Origin: Methanobacteriota archaeon
GTDB lineage: Archaea > Thermoplasmatota > Poseidoniia > Poseidoniales > Poseidoniaceae
Length of the DNA stretch: 64,000 bases
Direction: 5' to 3'
NCBI GenBank assembly: GCA_004195515.1
Contig: PSPR01000009.1
Location: forward strand, 13,170 to 77,169
Made by a program: the position numbers and the translations under genes. Shown here in pieces: positions 9,509-18,731 of the stretch (position 1 is its first letter; each line of letters starts with the position of its first letter). The notes under the pieces were generated by a model, which did not search any database, was not told where the DNA came from, and saw nothing but the letters and a program-made list of their open reading frames with translations.

Positions 9509-9862
9509 TCAACGGATATCTTCAATGAATTCGAAGTGGTATTGGTTTTCGGTACCATCATATTCCATATGGGAGAATACCACTTTAACATCTCTTTCTT
9601 CGAATGGATCGTGAATATATGGTTGACCTGAACGGAACATTTTTAAAATTTCTTTGTACTCATCGAGGGTCATTTCGCCCTTAACGGTATAAATTGCTGA
9701 TTCTGCACCTTCATCGACCAAGTCATCACCTTCACCGCCATGTAGAACGGTTCTGGTCATTCTCCTGGAAATTATTACGCTAATATCTGCGTTAGAAAGT
9801 CTTAGCCAATCAGCACTCGAAGTACCGCTCGCTGGTCGAATGAATAAATCTGTTCCTGCCAT
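9509..9862 (-). CDS. Small protein resembling phage tail-tube-initiator fold (Mu gpN N-terminal / P2 GpU-like)
   Basis: SD AGGTGA upstream; pattern RR..V.HGGEGDDLVDEG..YTVKG..HDPF..VKV..FEFIE (fold call tentative). Confidence 0.55.
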   Translation of the reverse strand: MAGTDLFIRPASGTSSADWLRLSNADISVIISRRMTRTVLHGGEGDDLVDEGAESAIYTVKGEMTLDEYKEILKMFRSGQPYIHDPFEERDVKVVFSHMEYDGTENQYHFEFIEDIR

Positions 9863-9925
9863 AAGGTCTCACCTGTATGCTGAGGAGGAAACAACTCGGA
9901 CTTGAACCTATTGGGACAAATCTTC

Positions 9926-10852
9926 TCAAACAGTTCGCTTGAACCAGCCGAATCTGGGCTCGTGAACCGAACCTTGGTCCGACAACTCATCGAGTGCTGC
10001 TTCAGCCGCTTCGCGATCGTGACCTCGTGCAGCTGCATTTGATAGCAGTGCATCGAAATCAACTCCGTCTCCTTGGTCTAATCTATCGATTAATCCCATC
10101 AATACCTCTTTCAAATCAACCGTATTTGTTGAGGATTCAACATTTGAAATAATCGAGGTTTGTTGATTAGATTCAGTTGGAGGTTTCGGTGACGGAGTTC
10201 TTCCTTCTGCGATATCAAGAACCTGCATTATATTCAGTCTGAAGGTTTCTAAATCGATCTCTCCGTAATGGGTATTTGCCAATAATAGCCCCTGAATCAA
10301 ATGTTCAGGAATACCACCTTCTCGCATTGCTTCAGGTGTTTTCTCGAGGGATGTTGATTTTTGTTGGAAATCGATTCGATTCAATAATCCATCGGCTGAG
10401 GCTACCAGCCAATCCCTATAGACCGAAGGGCTAATCTCCGCTGCCTCTTCGGGACGAAGGCTGGTATAAATCGATCCTTCCTCGGTTTGAAAAAATTTCG
10501 CTTTGGCCACCATCATCAACATCAGAGTTTCACCTTCTTCGACTTTACGAGCCCATTGCACTACTAATTCACGCATGGTTTCCGATGCGTAATCACCAAC
10601 AGAAAAATAATGTAAGCCCGAAGGATCTCGAAGTTGACCTTGCCAAAGTGTTGAACCGCTTGAGGTTTCACGAGGCTCCAATCTTTCGATCAAGCCAGCT
10701 ACTACCAATCGATTCACTTTGGCACCGAGTTTTGTGATTACGAATAATGGATCAAATTCCCCTGAACCTTGTTCGCTCAAACTAGAATCGCCGAATTCAG
10801 AGGCTAACATATGCCATGCTGGTTGGCGCCGTGCTCTTGGTGCTGATTGCAT
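9926..10852 (-). CDS. RPA-associated / RPA32-like OB-fold protein with C-terminal winged helix
   Basis: RRQPAW..LASEF, TKLGAKVNRLVVAG, DPSG, SLRPE; C-terminal wH ending HEPRFGWF; TAATG coupling to rpa. Confidence 0.88.
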   Translation of the reverse strand: MQSAPRARRQPAWHMLASEFGDSSLSEQGSGEFDPLFVITKLGAKVNRLVVAGLIERLEPRETSSGSTLWQGQLRDPSGLHYFSVGDYASETMRELVVQWARKVEEGETLMLMMVAKAKFFQTEEGSIYTSLRPEEAAEISPSVYRDWLVASADGLLNRIDFQQKSTSLEKTPEAMREGGIPEHLIQGLLLANTHYGEIDLETFRLNIMQVLDIAEGRTPSPKPPTESNQQTSIISNVESSTNTVDLKEVLMGLIDRLDQGDGVDFDALLSNAAARGHDREAAEAALDELSDQGSVHEPRFGWFKRTV

Positions 10853-12558
10853 TATTCCACCCCCCACTTGGCTCTCAATTCGGTAGCGACCAAAGCCGAA
10901 TCCGATTCGATCATGCTGACATCATCAGCTAGAAGCATTGCACCGTTATCGTCGACAAGACTGCGACCGACGGCAGAACATTGTCGGCCTAGGAATTGTT
11001 CTCGGATAGATTGTACGAATTCAACCTGTCCTTTTTCAGAGATTGTTGATTCGATTTGTTGTTCATTCAGCCCTAACAATTGTTCCGTCGATGCTTTATT
11101 GACGAATAATGAAACTGTAGAACGGCCATCATCGAGGACAAAGCGCATACGAACATCGGTATTTCCATCTTGTTCACCATGATTGAAACATGCACCATCT
11201 CGCAGGACTCTACGACATTCTGGACATCGCTTGATGATGCCGGAATCTTCACGAACCGAAACGATTGTACCACTAGTTTGAATTCCGACTCGACTCGGTC
11301 CTGAAACCAAATCGCTCAAATCAACCTCTACGATATTATTGGCTAAATCAATTTCATCGCCCCAAGGAGATCCAGCCATTACTTCGATTTGTGAAGCATC
11401 GTCGATTGTAATATCCGGCACACCTTGCCAAGCCCTTACCCTAGCGGATCGGACTCGAACCGTTACCGGTAATGCATTGATATCAAATGGCGGTTCGCTC
11501 CAAATACTGGAGCGGCAACGGCCAGTAGGATCTGCTACATCGCCCGACCAAACGCTCTTTTCCTCACCATCTTTGCCAGTAAATGTTCGCTTGATCATCT
11601 TCTGAAATTCGATTACGATGTCAACATCTCTTGCTCCATCACGCAGGTCTTCGACCTTGCACATGCTGGTAGCGACCAAATCATCTGCCGATGCAAAATT
11701 AGAATCGTGGAATACCTCGATTTTTGTTCCGGAACCAAAATTGAGTTCTGGTGTATCTCGAAAACATCGGACTTGGGAATTCTCAATTTTGAGCAACGAG
11801 CCGATTTCATGATTGAATGGCTCCCATGAAAGAAAGCCGATCGCACCTGTATCATCGGCGAGTCGACCTCTTACCACATCGATAGACCCTGTACCATCCT
11901 TGCGGTGAATCTTATCTTCCCGGCTGGTCAATAAACGACCGACGATGGTAACAGTCCCTTCGTTCTTGATCGAACCGATGTCGACTGGCTCACCTGGCGT
12001 GCTCACGCTTCTTGTACCTTCACGCAAGATGATGACGGCACTAGATTGGTTGATATTGAGGCTCATCTTACCTTGATATTCATTGACTGAAACACCTTCT
12101 AAGCGAACGATTGCCCCAGGGGTCAAGTTAGGACTATTGCCCCAATCTTTGAATTGCCAGCGATCACTTTCGCCACCCTCTGCCCATGGCATGTCTTCTA
12201 GCAGGCCATATGGAACGGTTTTCTCATCGCCTCGAACCATTGTTGTTCGAGCATTATGGGTGATGATTTCAACCTCGATTTCGACATTTTTGTCATCGGC
12301 TGATAATTCGCTCAACCTCTCTACCTTTTTCACGGGTATAGATTGGCGTTGAATCGAGGATGAGGATTGACTTGTAGAACCTCCACTCGAAGGTGCAGAA
12401 TCGCCCTGGAATCTTCTCAAGACCGCTCTAATAGCATCAGCAGGTGGGATCAAGAAGTCCTTTTCGTAGCGGATGAATGCATCAACAATTTTGTCGGGGT
12501 CTGCATCTGGTACTTGTTTCAGAACTTCTTGTACCTGAATATCGTATTCTGTGCTCAT
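10852..12558 (-). CDS. rpa: Replication protein A large subunit (multiple OB folds, Zn finger)
   Basis: Repeated OB motifs (ADDTGAI..W, ADPTG..W, LDDG), CPECRR..C..HG zinc finger. Confidence 0.92.
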   Translation of the reverse strand: MSTEYDIQVQEVLKQVPDADPDKIVDAFIRYEKDFLIPPADAIRAVLRRFQGDSAPSSGGSTSQSSSSIQRQSIPVKKVERLSELSADDKNVEIEVEIITHNARTTMVRGDEKTVPYGLLEDMPWAEGGESDRWQFKDWGNSPNLTPGAIVRLEGVSVNEYQGKMSLNINQSSAVIILREGTRSVSTPGEPVDIGSIKNEGTVTIVGRLLTSREDKIHRKDGTGSIDVVRGRLADDTGAIGFLSWEPFNHEIGSLLKIENSQVRCFRDTPELNFGSGTKIEVFHDSNFASADDLVATSMCKVEDLRDGARDVDIVIEFQKMIKRTFTGKDGEEKSVWSGDVADPTGRCRSSIWSEPPFDINALPVTVRVRSARVRAWQGVPDITIDDASQIEVMAGSPWGDEIDLANNIVEVDLSDLVSGPSRVGIQTSGTIVSVREDSGIIKRCPECRRVLRDGACFNHGEQDGNTDVRMRFVLDDGRSTVSLFVNKASTEQLLGLNEQQIESTISEKGQVEFVQSIREQFLGRQCSAVGRSLVDDNGAMLLADDVSMIESDSALVATELRAKWGVE

Positions 12559-12592
12559 TCATCCCACCTCGACAGGTATGATTGTTTGATCT

Positions 12593-12721
12593 GCCCGTCG
12601 AACGACGGGTGTTGGGGCTCTCGTGCTGGTTGGTTGGTTCTGGACACTCCCTTTCACCTCGGTGGAACCCGTTGTCGGATACGACGGTTCATGAAGACAT
12701 CGGCGGCCTCAGCACGAAAAG
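12593..12721 (-). other. Structured GC-rich leader / intergenic element upstream of rpa
   Basis: Helix 12618-12628 with 12710-12720, hairpin 12665-12690, perfect hairpin 12594-12609. Confidence 0.5.
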
Positions 12722-12739
12722 TGAAAGTAAAGTCAGTCT

Positions 12740-14134
12740 TTACGCAGGATTGATTCTAAGTCCATCCATGAATAAAATATCAGGTATGTGAAGTGACCCA
12801 GTCGTCGAATCAGAACGATCACCTAGGATAACGCGCCCGGTAAATGCCTTCGCCAAGTTTCCAGAAAAACCAGCTTGGGATAATGCTCCGATAACCTCGC
12901 CGTTTTCGACTTTGAGAATAGCCGATGTTGTAACAGAGAAATCACCACTGGTTGGATTTGCCGTATGTGCACCCATCACGCTATGAACGATGTAGCCCGA
13001 ATCCATCTCTTCGATCAAACGTTCTCGACTCATCGTAGTTTTGGAAGATGACAAAATAAGGTCACTAGTGCTACATCCAGGTGGCGAGGTATGACCACCA
13101 CGAGAGGCTGATCCTGTCGACATTGCTTGATCGATTCTGCCTTCAGAAACCTCCTTTGCAGCCGATCTAGTCGACCATAATTGACCTTTTAATTTGCCAT
13201 TTTCCACCAATGTTTGCCGCCTGGTTGGGATGCCTTCATCGTCTCTGGACCCTGATGCGAGACCACCTTCCATTCGACCATCGTCGACCAAATTGAGATG
13301 ATCCGCCATAACCGATTGCCCCATCATACCTGACCAAAACGATTCACCACGAACCAATCTTTCGCCTGTTACCGCGGCTGGTACGACGACAGAGAAGAGT
13401 GGGGTAACGCCGTTATTTGTCATCAAAACCGGGCAGTCCTCTGTATCTCCCCCTGAGATTTGTTCACGGGTTACCTGAGCCCAGTGAACCGCTTTTTCGA
13501 CCGAGGAGTCCAAGTTTTTCAATTCAAATCTTGAGGTGTCACCTTCGTAAGAAGATGTCATCAATCCATCCTCATCTATCGAGAGCTGAACCCCAACCCC
13601 ATGGCTGGTTCTCGAACCCCCTGCCTCGATGCCTGAGCTGGTGATAATAGCACCTACACCGGCGCTAATTCCAATGCCTCCTCCGATGATAGATGCTCTT
13701 GAATCTAATTCAGTTGCTTTTGCAAGTAACTGGTCACCTTGTTCTAATAACATCTCTGAATCAATGTTGAGCAATTCTTTATCAAACATTCCTTCGACCT
13801 TAACGGCATCTTGATTTGCGGGCAGGTTAAACCCTTTGATCGAAGGTGATTTCCTTGCGATAGACAGCGCTTGAGCAACCGCTTTCTCGGAATTACCAAT
13901 ATCTACTAAATGGGCATAGCCATAACGGCCATTCTCAACCACTCTGATTCCAAATCCGCCGTCTCCTCCGCCAGATGCCATCGCTATTTTTCCGGCTTCA
14001 AAATCTAAAGAATGACCATATCCTTGGGTTGCATATACTTCCCATTGAGTGACATTTGCTTTTTCACAAACTTGGCCAATCTTATTTGCCGAATTCATCA
14101 AACGTTCTAATGCATCATCTGGAATCATGATCAT
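12740..14134 (-). CDS. pmbA: TldE/PmbA family protein
   Basis: DDEGIP, GAHTANPTSGDFSV motif, no HExxxH; ATGA overlap with tldD. Confidence 0.92.
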   Translation of the reverse strand: MIMIPDDALERLMNSANKIGQVCEKANVTQWEVYATQGYGHSLDFEAGKIAMASGGGDGGFGIRVVENGRYGYAHLVDIGNSEKAVAQALSIARKSPSIKGFNLPANQDAVKVEGMFDKELLNIDSEMLLEQGDQLLAKATELDSRASIIGGGIGISAGVGAIITSSGIEAGGSRTSHGVGVQLSIDEDGLMTSSYEGDTSRFELKNLDSSVEKAVHWAQVTREQISGGDTEDCPVLMTNNGVTPLFSVVVPAAVTGERLVRGESFWSGMMGQSVMADHLNLVDDGRMEGGLASGSRDDEGIPTRRQTLVENGKLKGQLWSTRSAAKEVSEGRIDQAMSTGSASRGGHTSPPGCSTSDLILSSSKTTMSRERLIEEMDSGYIVHSVMGAHTANPTSGDFSVTTSAILKVENGEVIGALSQAGFSGNLAKAFTGRVILGDRSDSTTGSLHIPDILFMDGLRINPA

Positions 14135-15573
14135 CCCACCAATGCTTCACTAATTCTCATCAGAGGACCACCGTCTCCAACCGGCACGGTTTGTCCTTTT
14201 CCACAGAATCCTGGTGCAGCCAATTTTGAGTCTTTGGTTAAACCGTCTACATTTTTAAGAATCTCCAAAGTCATGCCGCTAATACTCACATCCTTGACTG
14301 GACGAGTCAGCGAACCATGTTCGATCATCCAAGCTTCTTGAGCTGCAAATTGGAATGACCCACGGCCGGTGTCAACTTGGCCACCACGGCTACCGCAAGC
14401 ATAAATTCCGAATTCGACGTCTTCGATCAACTCATCCAAATCACGAAACGAACCACCCATGATGACGGTGTTTGACATTCTCACCAGCGGATGATGTAAA
14501 CCATCTTGGGCCCGAGCACCCCCGTTTGGTTCGATTCCGAAACGGTGAGCGGTTTCTCTATGATTCAAATATTCGGTAAGCACACCGTTTACGATCAGGC
14601 GTTTTGGTCTTGTATCCACGCCTTCATCATCTATTGGATAGCAGCCATAACCACCTCTCATCTGTGGGTCATCGACTACCGTGCAAATATCTGAACCTAT
14701 TTTTTGACCAAGTTTACCTTCTAGGCAAGAATCTCCTGCTTGAACTAAATCAGCCTCGCAAGGATGACCTAATGCCTCGTGGATGTAGACTCCGGTCAAA
14801 TCCCTATCCGATACTAAAGTCATCTTCCCTGATGGTGCTCGTTCTGCTCCAAGCAGGCGTAGAACCGAGGTTCGGGCGTCTCGACCCATCTGGCCGAGGT
14901 CTGCGGATTCGATTTGCTCCAATCCTCCTTCGCCTCCATGGCGGAAGCGATATGAAACTACTTCTGAGTCTTCTCGGGCAGTTACCATTCCATTGATCAA
15001 ACTACGCTGAAAAGACCAAGTTCGGTCCATTCCTTCAGTCGATAATAACTCGGTGTGAATGTGTTCATCGGACCAGCCGGTCGATGTCGAGATGACTTTT
15101 TCATGATCTCTTGCTTCAATATCGATTGCTGTCATCATTTCGATTCGGGTTTCCAAATCGGTATTACGAACGTCTTTTTGGCTTTTCCAATGAATTTCAT
15201 CCTGAATAATGGGAACCTCTGCTAACTCGACTGGCAAATCTTTGGAAGAACGTCTTGCGCCAACCGCTTTTGCCAATTTAAGCGTCGACTCAATTTGAGC
15301 GCTCAGAGAGTTGATGTCGCTTGTAGAATGCACGCCCCAAGCACCATCAGCCAAAATTCTCAGGGTGACCCCAACCTGTTGACCTGGAATCGCTCGCTCA
15401 AGTTTTCCATCCTTTAATGATGCAGAATTTGTGATCTCACTAACCAGTCTCACATCTGCATATTCAGCACCAAGAGAAGTTGCTAAGTCTAAAGCAGTGG
15501 AAATTTTGTTGTGGTCGAGTAACCTGCCACAATCCCTGAGGGTATCATCTAGCCTAGTAACATCTACTACCAT
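14131..15573 (-). CDS. tldD: TldD metalloprotease
   Basis: HEALGHPCEAD, DDEGV, RMSNT, GGQVD, CGKGQ.VPVGDGGP. Confidence 0.95.
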   Translation of the reverse strand: MVVDVTRLDDTLRDCGRLLDHNKISTALDLATSLGAEYADVRLVSEITNSASLKDGKLERAIPGQQVGVTLRILADGAWGVHSTSDINSLSAQIESTLKLAKAVGARRSSKDLPVELAEVPIIQDEIHWKSQKDVRNTDLETRIEMMTAIDIEARDHEKVISTSTGWSDEHIHTELLSTEGMDRTWSFQRSLINGMVTAREDSEVVSYRFRHGGEGGLEQIESADLGQMGRDARTSVLRLLGAERAPSGKMTLVSDRDLTGVYIHEALGHPCEADLVQAGDSCLEGKLGQKIGSDICTVVDDPQMRGGYGCYPIDDEGVDTRPKRLIVNGVLTEYLNHRETAHRFGIEPNGGARAQDGLHHPLVRMSNTVIMGGSFRDLDELIEDVEFGIYACGSRGGQVDTGRGSFQFAAQEAWMIEHGSLTRPVKDVSISGMTLEILKNVDGLTKDSKLAAPGFCGKGQTVPVGDGGPLMRISEALVG

Positions 15574-15615
15574 GAACGGACGCTGACCGAGGTGGGTATT
15601 CAACCTACCCAAAGA

Positions 15616-16101
15616 TTACCTAATATCGGCAAGATGAATCAATCCGATCGCATCGTTTTCATCCGCGGTTTCTGGCAAGCCCAATCTCGAAGGTTCGAAT
15701 AAAATTGAAGAGGGTTTTGAAGGCAGTAGTTGGAATTTCATCATATTGCAAATTTTTTGGGCCTCGGCACTGCTTTCTTGGGTTAAATCGACAAGCCACG
15801 CTTGTGAATCTCCAGTGGTTAAGCCGACCTTTGAGAAGGCATGGCTAACATGATGAGTACCTGCAACCAAGCGCATGAATTCACCATCGATTCCGGTCGA
15901 TTTCATCATATTTCGATCTCGGTTTCGATTTAATACTTCAAAAGCAACCGCAACATGGAATTTACCAGCTAAAACATCGCCAGAAAGTAGCACCCAAGAT
16001 TCATTGGGCCGACGGCTGAGCCAATTTGCGACAAAATCCCTCTCATTTTTGATTGGGTTTGAGAATTTTACTCGCCAACATGAGAATTCCTTCGTCGGCA
16101 T
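15616..16101 (-). CDS. cgi121: KEOPS complex subunit Cgi121-like protein
   Basis: HVAVAF..EFMRLVAGTHHVSHAFSKVGL pattern; position downstream of hel308 as in other Euryarchaeota. Confidence 0.7.
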   Translation of the reverse strand: MPTKEFSCWRVKFSNPIKNERDFVANWLSRRPNESWVLLSGDVLAGKFHVAVAFEVLNRNRDRNMMKSTGIDGEFMRLVAGTHHVSHAFSKVGLTTGDSQAWLVDLTQESSAEAQKICNMMKFQLLPSKPSSILFEPSRLGLPETADENDAIGLIHLADIR

Positions 16102-16132
16102 CGATTTGGTCCAACAGACCCGACTTATTGAA

Positions 16133-18646
16133 TCAAACCCGCTCACTTGGTAATGGTTCATCATCAGACCGGGGCTTTTTTGTCACCGATTTACGGGTTA
16201 ACTTGTTGACTTCATCGAGGATGCGTTCAACCAGTAGTGGACCCCAACCTCGCCTCGATTTTAACGACTCCAATTCCTTATGGCTGAGTGCCAATAAATC
16301 CGCAGGCGTACGAACACCGATCTTTGAGAGGGTTCTGGCTCTGGTTCGGCCAATATTTTTGACCTGAATCAATTGCAGTAGATCTTCTTTGCAACCGGCT
16401 CTAACCCTTCTAGCAACCAAATCTATGAAACCAGCTAAATCGGCAACATAACCTAGATGTTCATCGGCGAATACATCGTCCCTCAACAAGACTTCACGAG
16501 CGGCAACCAATAGCCATCCCATCAAATTAACACGGGTGTGAACATCACCTGGACTCACTCCAATGGTCTTCTCTATAGAACGAAGGTCACTTTCTTCGTA
16601 CCACTCTTCAATACACCATGCGCTCTTGACCAATCCCAAGGCTCGTTCTTCCAAAGGGGATTCTACCAAGAGGTCATCTTCGTGAATGGCAGCTTTTTTA
16701 TTGAGATCACTACCAAATACTAATTCGGATGCTTTAGCGTAAAATGGTAAAAAATCTGGAGTTGCAGTAATCAGGTGGCAAATCCCAAATTCAGTAACTG
16801 GTAAATCCCTCCTAACCAGCCTCCTTACCGCTCGCCTCAAGCCTGAAATCATAACATCAGCCGAAAGCGGGTCGATCATCAATTGGGCAATTCTCTCACC
16901 CATGGCTGTGGCTTCATATCGGTTTTCGACAGATTCACCGAGCAGGGTTTGTGTTTCGGTAGGTGCTATATTTGATGCTCGTTGAAATCCGAAGGTTGCC
17001 TCCCTCGGTTCTAACCTCGATTTTCTAGTTCCGCCCAAGGATACACCGCTTGCACTTAGAGCAGAATCGAGCCAAGCGGGGGTCTCATCATCCCATGATT
17101 CGGTCATTGAATGCTGTTCAGTACGTCGAATAAATCGCTTTGAAACCAACCAACTTAACATTTTGTCAATCGTTTCTTGTAAGTAACCTTGGGGCTGAGT
17201 ATGGCCGAGATAAGTACTAGCGAAAAAAGCACCGATATCACCTCTTTGGAGCAAGCCACCGGTTGCAATCCCCGCCAATAGGTGGAACCTCATCGCTGGT
17301 TCTGATGCTAATTTTGAACTGATATCCTCGACCGGACCATGGATGTAACGGTCGGCGATCTCATCGGCTAATTCACGGGGGTCGCCACCTTTGCACGCTA
17401 ACCAAGCCTCTCCTTTTGGGTCGTATCGGGGCCGACCCGCCCTACCCATCATCTGCCTGACCTCCATCACCGAAAGATAGCGACTCATGCCATCGGAATA
17501 TCTTTTGAGATCTCTGACCAAGACCCTGCGAGCTGGTAAATTCACCCCTGCAGCCAATGTCGGAGTCGCGCATAAGCAATGGAGTAATCTCTGTTTGAAT
17601 GCGTCCTCGATCAGTGACCTTTGTTGAGGTCTGAGACCAGCATGGTGGAAAGCAACACCCCCTTTTACAGCATCAGCTAGGTTATCACCCATAGTTGAGT
17701 TCGAATTCCCTTTAAGTTTATCAGATAATTCTTTCAGTTTTAATAGAGAACCTGGGTTGGATTTTTGTAATAATTTTTGCATTCTTTGCCCGAGTTTTTT
17801 GGCTTCAGATTCGGCTGACCTTCGAATGCTAACAAATACCAATAATTGCCCTTCTTGTTCGTGGACATCCTTGAGTGCAGCCCAAGCAACGTGGCTCTTT
17901 GGACCATCTAATCTACGCGGCGGATTTAGTTTGGAGGTTAGTTCGGTTTCGTTTTGTTGAATCGCTCTTGGTTCTAAGTCGAGTTCGGCCAATGTCGATG
18001 ACTCCAAACTTACCGGCCTCCAATCCGATACGATCAATTCTGAATCGAGCCAATCAGCCAAGTCATCACTATTTCCGACAGTAGCTGATAAGGTGATGAT
18101 TTGAGCACCTGGTCGGAGATTTCTAATCCTTGTCAGGTTTATCTCCATCGTTGGACCGCGATGACTATCGTTCAACAGATGAAACTCATCGGCGACTACA
18201 ACGCTTGTCCGTCCGATTATCTCTGGTTTTGAACGCATCAATGAATCCAATTTTTCGCTGGTGCAAACCAAAATATCGCAGTCGTCTATTTTTTTTGCCT
18301 CACCAGGAGCATCGCCGATGCCCAAGCCAACCTTGAGTCCAAGAGCATCGCCTAACTCGACCAATTCTTGCTGTTTTTCACTCGCTAATGCTTTGAGTGG
18401 AACTATGTAAATCGCCCTTGAACCCTTATCGGTTTGCAATAAGGTCCTAGCGATTGCCAAATATGCAACCAAACTCTTGCCGCTGGCTGTAGGAATGCAG
18501 AGCATAGTATTCCGCCCAGCCAAAATCGCCGGCATCGCTTCCGCCTGCGGCGGGTGGAGCACATCGATTCCCCATTTGTCAGATACGAACCCCACCAAAT
18601 CGGGAGGCAGGTCCAACGCTGCTAAGTTGCGTTCATACCCACCCAT
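16133..18646 (-). CDS. hel308: Ski2-like DNA helicase Hel308/Hjm
   Basis: LHPPQ, PTASGKS, DEFH, SAT, HHAGL, TPTLAAGVNLPA, QMMGRAGRP, C-terminal HhH with RAR. Confidence 0.95.
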   Translation of the reverse strand: MGGYERNLAALDLPPDLVGFVSDKWGIDVLHPPQAEAMPAILAGRNTMLCIPTASGKSLVAYLAIARTLLQTDKGSRAIYIVPLKALASEKQQELVELGDALGLKVGLGIGDAPGEAKKIDDCDILVCTSEKLDSLMRSKPEIIGRTSVVVADEFHLLNDSHRGPTMEINLTRIRNLRPGAQIITLSATVGNSDDLADWLDSELIVSDWRPVSLESSTLAELDLEPRAIQQNETELTSKLNPPRRLDGPKSHVAWAALKDVHEQEGQLLVFVSIRRSAESEAKKLGQRMQKLLQKSNPGSLLKLKELSDKLKGNSNSTMGDNLADAVKGGVAFHHAGLRPQQRSLIEDAFKQRLLHCLCATPTLAAGVNLPARRVLVRDLKRYSDGMSRYLSVMEVRQMMGRAGRPRYDPKGEAWLACKGGDPRELADEIADRYIHGPVEDISSKLASEPAMRFHLLAGIATGGLLQRGDIGAFFASTYLGHTQPQGYLQETIDKMLSWLVSKRFIRRTEQHSMTESWDDETPAWLDSALSASGVSLGGTRKSRLEPREATFGFQRASNIAPTETQTLLGESVENRYEATAMGERIAQLMIDPLSADVMISGLRRAVRRLVRRDLPVTEFGICHLITATPDFLPFYAKASELVFGSDLNKKAAIHEDDLLVESPLEERALGLVKSAWCIEEWYEESDLRSIEKTIGVSPGDVHTRVNLMGWLLVAAREVLLRDDVFADEHLGYVADLAGFIDLVARRVRAGCKEDLLQLIQVKNIGRTRARTLSKIGVRTPADLLALSHKELESLKSRRGWGPLLVERILDEVNKLTRKSVTKKPRSDDEPLPSERV

Positions 18647-18679
18647 GAGACCGAGTGGTGGTCAACAGTCCAAAAGGTA

Positions 18680-18710
18680 ACCCCTTGAGTAGGCGACATG
18701 CTCAAGGGGT
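18680..18710. promoter_or_regulatory. Inverted repeat in divergent hel308 promoter region
   Basis: ACCCCTTGAGTA-N7-TGCTCAAGGGGT, 11 of 12 positions complementary. Confidence 0.55.
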
Positions 18711-18731
18711 AGGCCTGCCTGTGCAGACAAC

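Noticed and set aside
9509-9862. Prophage or gene transfer agent
   Set aside because: Single tentative tail-fold gene; no integrase, capsid, terminase or att sites seen
12582-12791. 69 aa ORF upstream of rpa on the plus strand
   Set aside because: No coding features; overlaps the pmbA 3' end; region better explained as leader or promoter
12740-15573. TldD/E as part of a RiPP cluster
   Set aside because: No precursor peptide, YcaO or transporter nearby; the pair is a common housekeeping locus
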